From: Amoebophrya sp. A120
Lineage: Eukaryota > Protista > Dinoflagellata
Length of the DNA stretch: 64,000 bases
NCBI GenBank assembly: GCA_905178155.1
Contig: CAJINV010000001.1
Location: 15,128,142-15,192,141 of the forward strand
Reading direction: 5' to 3'
The notes beneath the pieces were generated by a model. It was given only the letters and a program-made list of their open reading frames with translations. It made no database searches and was not told the origin of the DNA. The position numbers were made by a program, and so were the translations under genes. Shown here piece by piece: positions 38,201 through 50,149 of the stretch (position 1 is its first letter; the number at the start of each line of letters is the position of its first letter).

Positions 38201-39697
38201 AGTGAAAAGTATCCTGCACTCCTGAAATTGCAAAATTTTGTGATGCGAAGTTTCCAAATGAAAACTTTTTGTCATGCATGAAAGGAGTATGAACCTTTCT
38301 GATGCAGATTCTAGGCGTGTATCGCATCGCTTGCGTGACAAGCGCCGCTCATGCTAGGGTCTTTTGCAATGCAAATCTTTGCTATTCACAACATTGGAAA
38401 CCTGTGATGCTGATAGATGCAAGAGGGCGAATGTCTCATTTGGAAAGGTTTGCATATACAAATGCTCCCAAGTTCGGGGGTGGGGGCATTTTTCATCGTA
38501 ATAGGTGTTCTTCGACACGGCGCGGTCGTTGGTCGCGACGATGAAGCTATCAAATGTAAAAATGTCTGGGTCTGGAAGAATTCAACTTGTGATGCTAAGT
38601 TTGGACTCCAAAAAAATCTGTATTGCATGAGCAGCAAAGGGAGTGTAATTTTTGCTGCGCGGAGAGGGCATTTGTCATACGGAATAGGCATCGCGAGGCC
38701 CTCAAAAAATCTGTGATGCTAGGGCATGCATCACAGACATCATGGCCCAGGCAAAACATGCATGACAAGCCTCAGAATCTTCCAGACCCAGACATTTTTA
38801 CATTTGATAGAAGCTCCCCCAGAACCCGACCTTGCAGAAGGGGAGCAGCGTTCCCGTCTCCTCCGAAGTGGTGCAGCAGCTGCGCTTCGCGGGCTACTCC
38901 GCAGCGAAGATCGCACACTTTCTCGGCGTAAATTTGGCTGACGTAGATAATCACCTGCGCGGGGCGCACGAGGAGCTGTGGTGCAAGTCGTTCTTCGTGT
39001 TCGTGCGTGACCCGTCGATCACGCGGGTGAAATTGGCGGTGTTAGGGTCCAAGAACCAGTTTTCCGCGGACCCGACCAAGTACAAGAAGTACCAAGACGA
39101 AAAGCAGTCCGTGTTGCCCGGAGCAAAAATCGCGGTCGGGGTGGTCAATAAGCTTTCCTCCGTCGCGCGCGCCGGGAGCCGGGTGTTCGGCAGCGGGGCG
39201 GAGAAATCAAGAAAGTCGAAAAGACGCTCCTCGTCTGCGGGAAGCAGCGATAGTCTCGGGAATGTGCCGGGTAAGTACTAGGGTTCTTTGTTGAATCGGT
39301 ACCAGTAGAAGACTCTTTGTCGTGCAGTTGTGATTGATTTTCGCGATCATTTACTTGGTCGCTATTGCTAGTCGTGTGGTCGAAAAATAAAAATATAAAA
39401 AGGCGATGGCGAACACAAAATTCAGGCGCGTCCAAAGACGCTTTGGTTGAAGAAAGCGACGACGAAGAGGAGGAAAAGCCCGAGGATCCCAACGACCCAG
39501 CGTTTACGGAGCACTTGGACGAGATCCGGCCACCGAATACCTACGAATTGAAAACGCTTCTGAAAAGGATGAACTACGCGGAGCGGCTGTCCATGAAGCC
39601 GGGAATTGCGGGGCCAGCCGCTGGATTGGACGTGGACATCTCGTTTCAACTGCGGTACCTGCAGGAAGAGGACGAGGAAGAGGATAGGCTGGCGTAA
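29261..39697 (+). CDS. Extended-synaptotagmin-like protein (SMP lipid-transfer domain plus C2 domains)
   Basis: SMP first half (NFAMKMMHVLWPN..IYLGK..P) and second half (MRPILNEVPLYGGISVGFINPP..FVLP), then C2 (VEVLEMRDL..SDPYC..NLNPVF..VYDRD..DDLLG). Canonical introns 29795-29966 and 39271-39425 plus five introners. Start uncertain. Confidence 0.8.
29456..29690 (-). mobile_element. Introner family B (235 bp), inverted and internally deleted
   Basis: Family B TIRs with the interior reverse-complementary to the 9284 copy. TSD tgtcc. Removal gives PSSVS|SPNDK. Confidence 0.88.
30430..31750. repeat. Palindromic 39-bp minisatellite / fold-back array
   Basis: Perfect 24-bp palindrome ttgttgaaatggccatttcaacaa plus 15-bp linkers alternating between two variants. 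Degenerate at both flanks. Confidence 0.9.
33819..34736. mobile_element. Possible third-level nested MITE-like element
   Basis: Imperfect inverted repeats ttcgcaggatttccaccctaacgc..gaaaaatcca / tggatttttc..gcgttaggggcaaaatccggcgaa, with aaaaag on both sides. Confidence 0.45.
37879..38035. mobile_element. Introner family E (157 bp)
   Basis: TIR tatcctgtgcaaaagtatcgtactcgtacta / tagtacgaatacgatacttttgcactgcata. TSD cgatg. Removal gives TKAM|TKSPIP. Confidence 0.9.
38195..38503 (-). mobile_element. Introner family D (309 bp), inverted
   Basis: Family D sequence. TSD ggtgt. Removal gives HEKV|FFDTAR. Can be read as GT-AG. Confidence 0.9.
38548..38809 (+). mobile_element. Introner family B (262 bp)
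   Basis: Family B TIRs. TSD gaagc. Removal gives TMK|LPQNPTL. Confidence 0.93.
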
Positions 39698-40415
39698 GAA
39701 AAACGTGGAAGGGATTTGTTTTTACGTTGAAGAGAATTTCAACGTAGAAATAGAAGGGCGAATGCGTGTCATCAATGTCGTTCTCTACCTTCTGCGATTT
39801 CGTTCGAAAGCGTGCTACGGTAATACAGCATTTTTTTGTAGTAGTACAGCAGTATCAGAGCTACAAGACAATTCTTCAAAATTTGATGTAATCAGTATCA
39901 GATGAGATGAAGCGACTGTACGATTTAGAGTTTTATTTTGCATGTTCAGAATGGTCCTACCATGACATCAGGACACCCGCGTGGAGCAGGGGATTAGTTT
40001 TTTGCATGTACGATATGTTCCTCAACGAACTACAAACAACGGAAACACAAAATTTCCAATTGTACACAACTATTTGAAAATCTTGACTTGTCCGCGGAGC
40101 CGGCGCACGCGTCGTTTATTCTTTTTGTGCCCTACTAGTGGTGTTCCCGTTCGTTTCTAATGCCGGATGATCTCTTGACTTGCTGCAGTTTTTTCGGAAC
40201 ACGGAGAGGCAGCTTCTGATCTCTCGCTTCTTCACCGTGTGAGAGGACCAGACGAGATGTGTGCATTCTTCTCCAGCGGAGCGAAAATCAAGAACAGAGA
40301 AAGCGTTTTCTTTTTCATGCTCGAATCACATTCATGGAGTTAAGTAAGTTGTTTTCCGAACGAGTAGCGGGCATCTTTCGAGCTCGACTGCGCTGAGAAC
40401 TGCGGCAGGGGAAGG

Positions 40416-40678
40416 TATGAAATGTAAAAATGTCTGGGTCTGGAAGAATGCAACTCGTGATGCTGCATTTGGATTCCAGAAAAGTCTGTATTGCATGAGC
40501 ACCAAAAGGAATGCAATTTTTGCTACGCGGAGAGGGCATTTGTCATGCGGAATTAGGCATCAAGAAGCTCTCAAAAAATCTGTATTGCTAGGGTATGCAT
40601 CACAGACATCGTGACTCATGCAAAACGTGCATGACAAATCTCGGAATCTTCCAGCCCCAGACATTTTTGCATTTGATA
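40416..40678 (+). mobile_element. Introner family B (263 bp), host gene unresolved
   Basis: Family B TIRs. TSD gaagg, which allows a GT-AG reading. No convincing host ORF. Confidence 0.85.
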
Positions 40679-42269
40679 GAAGGATACAAGACACCATGTT
40701 CTCCAGTTACCAGGCATCGCACGGCGCAGCGTCCATTTGGGACACATCGGTATTATGCATGGAAAATTTGATGTGCTTATTTGACGCAACTACGACTGAT
40801 GAACGGGAGTCAGTCAATTTCATACATTCAATTTTTCACTGTCGTACTAATCGAAACAAAACCTGCAGCTCTACAGTGGCACGAGCGCACCGTCGAGCAG
40901 TGGAGGCGCTGCTGGTGGTACAAGAAAACCCTCATCTTCTTCCTCCTCGACTAGACACAAATTTAGCCCGGACTACCGGACGGCGCTCCGCTTTGCCCAG
41001 CACCCAAATTACACCGGAGCGATTGCTGATGCCAAACTCGTCAGAGCAGTAGATCCGGCGACGTTGCCAAAGTAAAGAACGCGTTGTTATAGTACTCCAC
41101 CTGGGTAGTGGTGTTTTTAGTTTCTCGGTTTTCGCGGGGCATATCCATCCCTTGTTTGTTTCACAGTGTGTGTACCAGTATAATAGGCAAACAAAGTAGC
41201 ACTAGCACCGCAGCGCAACATCTTACAACAGGAAGCGTGCGCTGGCGAGTAGGCGGCCAGAACGCGCTCCGCGCGGGAAGTACGCCCATTACCCACACGC
41301 GAACGAGCATGGGCTGGTTCCTGGGGGTATTTTTGGCTACAAGCCCGATGCTAGCGTCCCAAAAGCCTGTCTGGTGGTAAACGAGCCGGAGAGTCCCAGA
41401 GGTAAAAACGTGTTTTCCGTTTTCGCGATAAACAGCACACTTGAGAAGTTGCTTCTACGACATCCACTTAGCGCACACGATGTGAAGAACTGCTTTCAAA
41501 AATACTGCAAACAGGCAAGCATGCGCGCTTCGGGACGAATCTTCCCAAAGAGGCCTGGCAAGCTTACAAAGACCGCGAAAAAAATCCTCGTGGGCGGGCG
41601 GCGCGCTTTTCTGCTGAGCTTGATCCCTTCCCTGGACGATATCCCACAGGTTTGACGCGGGAAGTAGAGTAGTTTCTTGACTGTGATAAACACGTTTCGT
41701 TCTGCTTTTTGTTTTTGCAACTCCTTTGCGCGGGAGTGGAAACAATCTTGGCGACGTTGACTTCTTGAACTTTCAGTTTCTGTTTCTTGCTCGGATAAAG
41801 AACGAAATACGTGAATTCTAGCGCAGACGAGGACCACGATAACGCTGGTTGATTTGAAGTGTTAAGTAGGTAGAAAGGCGATTCTCCAGATAAAATCGAG
41901 AATCAGATCCATGTCGTGCAGGAGGAGATCTTGGCGAAATCACAATGCATCAGTCGTTGCAGGTCGTATGATTGAAATGTGTGATCCAATCGTGGAAAAT
42001 CTTCGTTCTTCTATTGTTTTTTTACTTCAGCATTAGGAGCTGTCGACGACTGTGATTGTGCTTTGTCCAGTCTTGCCTTTCTCTTGAGGAACAAATTGTA
42101 TCAGGAAGGGACAGCAGGAGCAGCTACATGTCCATGCACGTAGCAACTCGTAGTGCAGAATCAGTATGTAGACACGATGAGATGTTGCGAGTATAGACTG
42201 TACCATCCCGATCGCCACCAGTACCCTTGTGTGTAGACAGTAGACATTGAGGAAAGAGCCACCATCAAC

Positions 42270-43298
42270 ATGTCCCTCCACGAGACCGCTGTAACTGGCG
42301 AAGAGGCGATCCAACGCAAGATAGAGCGGGGGAGTTGCAAAGACTGTTGGCTGCAACATTGCGCGTGTGACTTTTTGGAGAAAAACCTGCTGTCGCAGAA
42401 CTTTCCGAACACAAAATTTGTCCTGCTACTCGACCCGTTCGAGCTGCGGCGCTCGGTTTCGGCGAATACGGGCAAAATTCTCACGATTTGGGGGGCGGAG
42501 CGAGTGATTTTCGGGCACGACGAGCAGATGCAGCTGTTGGAGCGGTGGCTGGATGACGCAAAGTATCCCGTGTGTCTGTATCCAACGCCTGAAGCCGTAT
42601 CGGTGCCAAAGTTCTTCGCTGATTTTCAACATGGGGAGACGACTCATTCGGAAAATAAAGTACTGGACGAACACCATCGAGAAGCGCTTGAAAGCGCGGA
42701 GAAGGGAACAAAAGAACTGTCTCCGTCGGCGGCTCAACTACATCAAACGGAGAACAATACTTGCGGTAGCCAAGTAGACAGAAAATTTCCGGACCTCGTG
42801 ATAATACCTGACGGGGACTGGACGCGGTGCAAAGTTATGATGCGGCACCCAATGCTGCGCGTACGGCTTCTCGGAAAGCAGGATTTATCGGAAGCTGGAA
42901 ATAATAGAGCAGATCAAAAATTTCGACAAGAAGAGGCAGACCGCGTCGATGGACTTGAGCAGTTTGTTCCACATAATTTCGCAGCCGACACAATACTTGT
43001 ACCGACCCAGATTGAGGCTTGGAAGCTGCGGGATTTGACAACAATCAGCACCCTCGAGCAACAATTTACTTCCCCATTCGGTCGGACAAAAAAGTACTAC
43101 TCTGGCCCTTCAGAGCGACTGCAAACCGCGGGCGCCTTTTGGCTCATGTGTCACGAGACGGGCGCGTTCAGCGATATTCTTCTCGAGAAAATGGCGTTGC
43201 AAATTCACTACCTGATCAGCTGTTACCATAAGCAAATCAATCGCGTCATAGTGCGCGGGAGTGGGCAACGATTTCATGTACAGCCGGGGCATGGATAA
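42270..43298 (+). CDS. DTW-domain protein (tRNA-uridine aminocarboxypropyltransferase-like)
   Basis: CxxC..CxC, E....ANTGKI, CLYP, LVIIPDGDW (DxTW variant) and RLQTAGA. Confidence 0.75.
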   Translation: MSLHETAVTGEEAIQRKIERGSCKDCWLQHCACDFLEKNLLSQNFPNTKFVLLLDPFELRRSVSANTGKILTIWGAERVIFGHDEQMQLLERWLDDAKYPVCLYPTPEAVSVPKFFADFQHGETTHSENKVLDEHHREALESAEKGTKELSPSAAQLHQTENNTCGSQVDRKFPDLVIIPDGDWTRCKVMMRHPMLRVRLLGKQDLSEAGNNRADQKFRQEEADRVDGLEQFVPHNFAADTILVPTQIEAWKLRDLTTISTLEQQFTSPFGRTKKYYSGPSERLQTAGAFWLMCHETGAFSDILLEKMALQIHYLISCYHKQINRVIVRGSGQRFHVQPGHG

Positions 43299-44208
43299 AC
43301 GAGGTTTCTTTTTTTTTCTTTCCTACAACAGTTAGGTGTATAGTAGAACGACACCGGCATGCACCGAAAGGCGACAAACGAAGTTAACCGTTTCAATTGT
43401 TTGATTTTGGACAGCGACAAACACCTTCGTTTGAAAGTATCTACTTCAAGTCGAGCATGCTCGAAGGAATTGGCATCTAGTACTGTTGCAGATCATCATG
43501 CCATAGCCTGTTTGACGGCTCATGTAGAAACGTGTTCCTGCTGGTTGATAAAGACTATCCATCGGTCACTTTGAAAGCACTCGTTTTTTGGAAGCATAGA
43601 CAATCCTCAAGCACGACGAACGTGCAATCCATCGGTCCGGATTTTTTACACCGTGATGATTACATGCTCTGTTGAGAGAAGCAAGGCTCTAGCGTTTTTC
43701 TGTGCATTGCCTACTGCGCTGCAGATTTTACTTGATTTTAGATTTGAGCGTTTTTCATGTTCCGACATGCTTTGCAATTAATTTATTTCGCGTTTCGCCT
43801 GCAAGTTTTACAACAGGGTCGTGGGTACCACGCAAGGTCGTTGAAAACGATCGCTCGAAATCCCTCCCCTCTCGTCGTCTTAGTCATTACTGCTACAGCA
43901 GCATTTTTGAAATCAGACTAGAATTTGTGTATGTTCGCACTGATGACTTTTGCGAGAACTAGATTTCAACGTGTGAAGAAAATTTGAGATCTGTCTGTTT
44001 TTCCACCGCGCGAAGCACCTCCTCCTTTCTTTAGGATTCTCTTCGATCTGAGCCCACAGCTGCACTGATTATTCCGGTGCTGTAGCTGTTCGTATTTTTT
44101 AGAGCAGCCGACCATCTTCGTTGAGTCCTTTGGCTTTGTTGTGGATTTTTTTGAACCACTTTACCTTTTTTCTACACTAAACCAAGTTTCTCTTTCTGAT
44201 TTTAGAAA

Positions 44209-47200
44209 ATGACAACGGGCGAACTAACGAACGTTTTTGTTCTGCCCTTGCGTGAGCAGGTCGTTTTTCCGCATCAGCGCTTCGGAATCAGCTTGGGCAA
44301 GGCAATCTTCGAGCGGGTCTACCAGCACTGCCAGGAGCACCGGACCCAACAGGTTGGCTTGGTCTGCATCGCCTCCAAAAAACACGCGGCGAGCGGCAAT
44401 TTAGGGTCGGCATCCAACTCCAGCGGAGAAACTCTGCCGTATTCTACAAACACTGCGGGACCGAAGAAAGCAGGTACTTAGAAATTGATTCAGTGCTAGA
44501 GATCTGTGACCTTTATTTGAAGATGTTATTTTTGGTGAAGAAATGTCTTCTCAAATGCCCCGCCACTGCAAAGACGAAAAAGTCGATTCTCAAAGGGACA
44601 TGAAATATTTCATCACAAACAGTTGGCGTCACGGTCGGGACTGCAGATCCCAGCAGCAAGGACCTCCCCAGCAAGACTGATGGAGATAATAGCAATGCCT
44701 TCGGGAAGTTCGAGTTGTACAATGTCGGGACGCTGTGCGAGTTGCAGAGCCACGGCCGCGGCACCAGCGGCACCACGGTGTCGGTACAAGCCAAGAGCAG
44801 AATGGAAATCAAAAGCCTCCGGATGTACGATTACTACGGCATCGCAACCGTGAGGTTGCTGGACGATCCCCCGCCAGCGGTGCTCCGGAGCGACAAGGAT
44901 ATCAGAACGCAGGTGGAATTGCTGCACGATATCCTATGTAAAAACATCCCCACCCCAGAGTTGTCATGCAGATTTGCAAGCGCAAGAGCATTTGTAATGC
45001 GCATCCCCATGGGAGGCATTTTTCATCGTGTTTTGGAACTTGTAATGCTGCAAACAGGATAAGGAGATGGATTTGTTATGCGGCTTCCCTTGCTAAGCTG
45101 CACTACAGTACAGCCTGCAACTTGTCATGCGTGACCCCCAAAACTTCAAGGTTTGTGTTGCAAAGTCCCCATCTTGACTCTGGGGTGGGGACGTTTTTAC
45201 ACGGGATACACGAGGTGGTAAAGCAGTTTTCCGAATCCGCTTCCGGGGAAAAGCGACGGGGAATTCTGTCCCTGGGGGACATCCTGCGGTCTCTTTTGTC
45301 GGATGAAAGGTAAAATGAGAAAAAATTTCCCCGCGTAGTGGTAGACTTATCCAGTGTGACGGAATTATGAAGAGGCATGCAATTTTAGTCCATGTGTCAG
45401 TGTACCAGACGTTGTAACAATGATGCAAGATGAACAGAAATCATTGTATGTGTGTTCTACCGAATGCAAGAACTCTGTTCGCAGGTTTCCTTCCCAGCTG
45501 CGGTCTCAATTCGAGAACAACCTGCGTTCGTCGAAACGCGAGCGATTCGCCGAAGATTTGGAGAACAGTCCGCTGGGGGACCAGGGTCAGCTGACCGACG
45601 ATACCGGTTCGTACGACGGATACTCCCCCGGGCTGCTGGCCGACATGATCGCAGCGCATCCGCACTACCGCTTTTCGGTGTTCGAACAGCAAACCGTGCT
45701 TTCGGAGTTCGACGTGAAGCAGCGATTGGAAAAGGTGATCCGCGCTCTGCAGCGCTTGGCCAAGGCACAGAAAATCTCGCAGGAGATTTCCAGCAGCATG
45801 CAAACCCGCAGCGAATCGGAGATGAAGGAGGCCATTCTCCGCAAGCAGATCCGCGACTTGCGGAAGGAACTGAAGGTCGTGGGGAAGAAGAAAAACAAGA
45901 AAGCCGGCGAGAACGAAAACGCGAATTCCGACGAAGACGAGGACAGCGAGGAGGACGAGCTGCAGGCCATGCGGGACAAGGTGGGCCGCGCGCACATGAG
46001 CAAGGCGGCGGAAAAGATCGCGGGCCGGGAGCTGAAGCGGTTGAGTAACATGCAGAGTCACCACCCGGAATACACGGTGAGCAGGACCTACTTGGACCTC
46101 CTCTGCACGCTGCCCTGGAATCGCTCGTCCGACGATGCCGTTTTGCAGTTGAACTCCGCAGCCGCTATTCTTGACGAAGACCATTATGGCTTGGAGAAAG
46201 TGAAAAAGCGCGTGCTGGAGTTCCTCGCGGTGCGGAAATTGCGCTCCTCGGTATTCAGCACAAGCGTAAACGTTGTCACGAATGGCGGAGACGAGGGTAG
46301 TGGTCCACCAGGCGCAAACGACGCCACTGTGACAGACGCTACAAATAACGGAATTAGTACAAATAGTGGATCACCTGCAGACGAGGGGTCCGCGACGGTT
46401 GTGGAGGACCAACAGAACGGTACGGACGTAAACAACCCCGACGCACGTCCTAAAAATACGCCTCCACATCATCTCCCCGTTGTGAAGCGCATCATCCAGC
46501 CAGGCGACATGGGAGGCACTAGAAGTAAATCGCCGAAGGTGGATATGCGCGGCCCGATTCTGTGCCTGCTCGGGCCACCGGGGGTTGGGAAGACCAGTTT
46601 AGGTAAGTCCATCGCGAAGGCCATGGGCCGGCAGTTCCAGCGCATCGCGCTCGGCGGGGTGCGGGACGAGGCGGAGTTGCGCGGGCACCGGCGCACGTAC
46701 ATCGGCAGTATGCCGGGCGTGATCATTCAGGCGCTGCAAACAGCGGGAACGAACAACCCGGTCATTCTGCTCGACGAAATCGACAAGCTGGCACACGGGA
46801 TGACGAGCAACCCGCAGGGGTGCCTGTTGGAGATTCTGGACCAGGAACAGAATTTCGCTTTCAAAGACCACTACCTGAACACGCCGTTCGATCTTTCGAA
46901 CGTCTTCTTCATCTGTACCTGCAACGACCTGAGCACCATCGACCGGCCGCTGCTCGACCGGATGGAAATCTTGGAATTGTCGGGGTACTCCGTCGAGGAA
47001 AAGATTTTCATCGCCCAGCGGTATTTGCTGCCGAAGCAGCGGAAGGTCCACGCGTTGGAGGAGCTGTCGGATAGTGAAGAGTTAGAAGAGAACGGCCCGG
47101 TCGTGGGGGGAAAAGCAGGGTCCGGCGGAAGTCCGGTTACGGCGGATAGTGGTTTTGGTGAGAACTTGTATGGACGAGGGGCTTTCAACGCACCATCCCG

Positions 47201-48915
47201 GATTCAGCACGCGGATAGAAGCACGAGCAGCAGGAACAGCAGAAGGCGGTTTGAAGATGTTGAAAGAGCAGCTTCACGACACGAGCCGCAGCTCGGGCTG
47301 CACCGGCATGACGACTACTACAACACTTCCGCTTACGATCTAGACGACGAGGTGTGCGTAATGGGTCAAAAAGGCTTTTGCGGCTGCAAGAATTGCACCT
47401 GCACGAAGCGGACAAAGACTAGATTTGGTCCACCTCCGCAGAACAACAAAACTACTCGGAGAAGGAATGCTGCCGACTCGGAAATGTATTGCAGCGACGT
47501 GGAAACGACCGCATCGAGCGGGAGCGAGCGTTTGAATAGTAGTTCTTTACGTGCAGTCGGAAGATCGTCGACGGAGGACGAACAGGAGATCAATCCGCTC
47601 TTCAGCTGCAGCGTCACCTTCGACGGGTTTTCGTCCGCCAACCAGCGACTGCAAGAGACGCAGTTGGTGTCTTTGAATGCGATGAAATATAGTGACTCAC
47701 CAACGATGAGCAATTCGAAATTTGAGGGGTCAACAAGGAGTTCGTCCTCCTCCTCCGCCACGATTCCGTTCAACAAGAATGATAAGCCATTTACCGGGCC
47801 GAAAAACGTGAAACCCCCAGTCAAGACCCAAGTTCCTCCATCATCAGAAGTCACACAAGTGGTCGCGACGTCCATTCCGCCCTCCGGGAAGGCCGCCAAG
47901 CGGCCGCCGCGACTGGAAGTCACGCGAGCTGCCCTGGTGAAGCTGATCACGAAATACACCGCGGAATCCGGGGTGCGCTCCCTGGAACGCCGCATCGCGG
48001 AGATCTGCCGCTGGGTTGCCTACGAAATCGTCGAAAAGGAGGGGAAAAACGGGGTGAAGGTGCAGGACGTGTACACAATCAACCCGGCGGATTTGTTCAA
48101 AATCTGCGGGATCGAGGTTAGTAAGCACGAAGATTTCCTCCAGGACACACTAACACCGGGCGTCGCCGTCGGTCTGGCCGTCACGCACTACGGCGGCGAG
48201 TTGCTTTTCGTCGAGGCGGCGAAGGTGAAGGGGAACGGGAACTTGACCATAACGGGCAGACTCGGCGACGTGATGAAAGAGTCGGTCAGAACTGCGTTAT
48301 CGCTTTTGCGACCCTACATTCCCGCGCCCTTCCAGCAACACGACTTACACGTGCACTTCCCAGCGGGGGCCGTTCCGAAGGACGGACCGAGCGCGGGGGT
48401 GGCAACGACGTTGGCGTTGGCCTCGCTGTTTCTGGAAAAGCCCTGCAGAAATGACACTGCGGTCACCGGGGAGATCACGCTTCGGGGGCAGGTATTTATC
48501 GGCTGTTGTGAATTTGATGGGTAGTTCATCTGTCGATGACAGTCTAGCGTCTTTAATTAGGTGATCGCTTTTTATATCAAGCGCGAACAAAGTTTTTCCC
48601 AATCATTTGGCTCCTTTCATTTCATTTGGTGGCACGTAGTTTATCATCCGACAAAACGCACAGGTCCTTCCCGTGGGCGGCATCAAGGAAAAGATCCTGG
48701 CGGCGAACAGATCGCCTGGCATCAAGTACGTGCTTATACCAGCATCGAACGAGGCAAATGTCGAGCAGGACCTGGGCGGCCAACTGAACAATGTCAACCT
48801 GCGCATCGTCTACATTCGAACGATTCGCGAGGCCCTGATTCATTCGTTCGGGGTCGATAACTCCCTGCTACCAACCGCGGTTGAGACGCTCTCGACGGCT
48901 CCTGCGAAGTTGTGA
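44209..48915 (+). CDS. LONP2: ATP-dependent Lon protease, peroxisomal type (C-terminal AKL)
   Basis: VLPLR..VFP, DHYGLEKVKKR, GPPGVGKTS, GHRRTYIG, LLDEIDK, KDGPSAG and VLPVGGIKEK. Canonical introns 44474-44622, 45310-45484 and 48492-48663 plus introner 44930-45208. Confidence 0.88.
44930..45208 (+). mobile_element. Introner family C (279 bp)
   Basis: Family C TIRs. TSD cacga. Removal gives ELLH|EVVKQF. Confidence 0.93.
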
Positions 48916-50149
48916 GGAACAGAACGACTCCTGTGCTTCTAACACAATCGCAAAATGCGCCGCCGCTACTTACACTAACACTGAAATTAAGTTTATATAC
49001 GTTTTTTGTTGAAGTAAAATTTTGAGACTTATGCCCACACCCGACCGAAACCGTGTGAAGCCCATTTCAGGTACGAGCTACGTTTTGTTTCCTGGGGAAA
49101 TTTTCAATAGCTCGAACACCCCGCAATGAATTTGTATCTCGAGAAGTCCTGCACTACTTTTTTCCGGTGCCTCTCGTTCGAAGAGAAACTGTCCCAATCA
49201 TTTGTTGCTGCGATTCATTCACAATTTTCAAGCATAGATAGGAACGAAAAACCCAAATTTTAAAACACATATTGGGAACCAGTTCTTCGCTACTTTTCCA
49301 TGTTGATTCGGTAATAAGTTTAACCAAGCGAACTTCGTTTTTCTTTGTTTTCCAAGCGTCAACGTCTACTTTCCAAGCGTCAATGTCGACACGCTGTCGC
49401 GGCGAGTAAAATTACTCGCACCGTGACAGTTCTTACACGTCGCCTTTTCCATTAGAATAGCACTTTATCCTCGTGTGTAGTAGAAAGTGAAACGCTACTA
49501 GATGCAAAAGCAGACACTCTTTATCACCCTTGTGATTGATTGTGACAGTTTTTGGCAAAAGTTTTTGCATAGAACGACCAGTGTGAAGATAAACAAACAT
49601 CGATAGAAGCCTTTTGATATTTTGAGCATTCTTGAGGCACATCATGATTTTCCACGGCACAGAGCAGGAGTGTCTGTGTCGATTCATTGGATACCCCCTG
49701 CGTACCAGTCCGAATGACTGGAGACTTTGGCACACTGATGGAAAGTTGTTGAGTTCGAGAAGGTCCAGCGCGAAATGCGAAAGTCCGAAGCGGACTTCGA
49801 GTGCCACAGAGGCTCTGCGGAAACCGCGAACCGCAAATGACCTAAGTACTTTATACTTCCTTCATCTCACAGAGCGATGTGTGAGTGTCATCGCGTGAGT
49901 GATTGCGAGGGTGCAAACATTTTGAAAAAACCGTGTTTGCGCGAGTCTTTAGATTGTCATCCTGGGAGCTTGTTGCGAGGGGCCGGCGTCCAGATCCCGC
50001 CCAGACTCCGTCCAGACCAGCTGCAAGTGGCTCCATACCGTGCTGCCTCGCGTTCCAACCAAGTTTTTTTGATTTTGTAAGGAAAATTGCAGAGAACGTT
50101 AGAAATTCAGATTCTCGCCGTGTTTTGCTTGCAGTTGCGATATCAAAAC

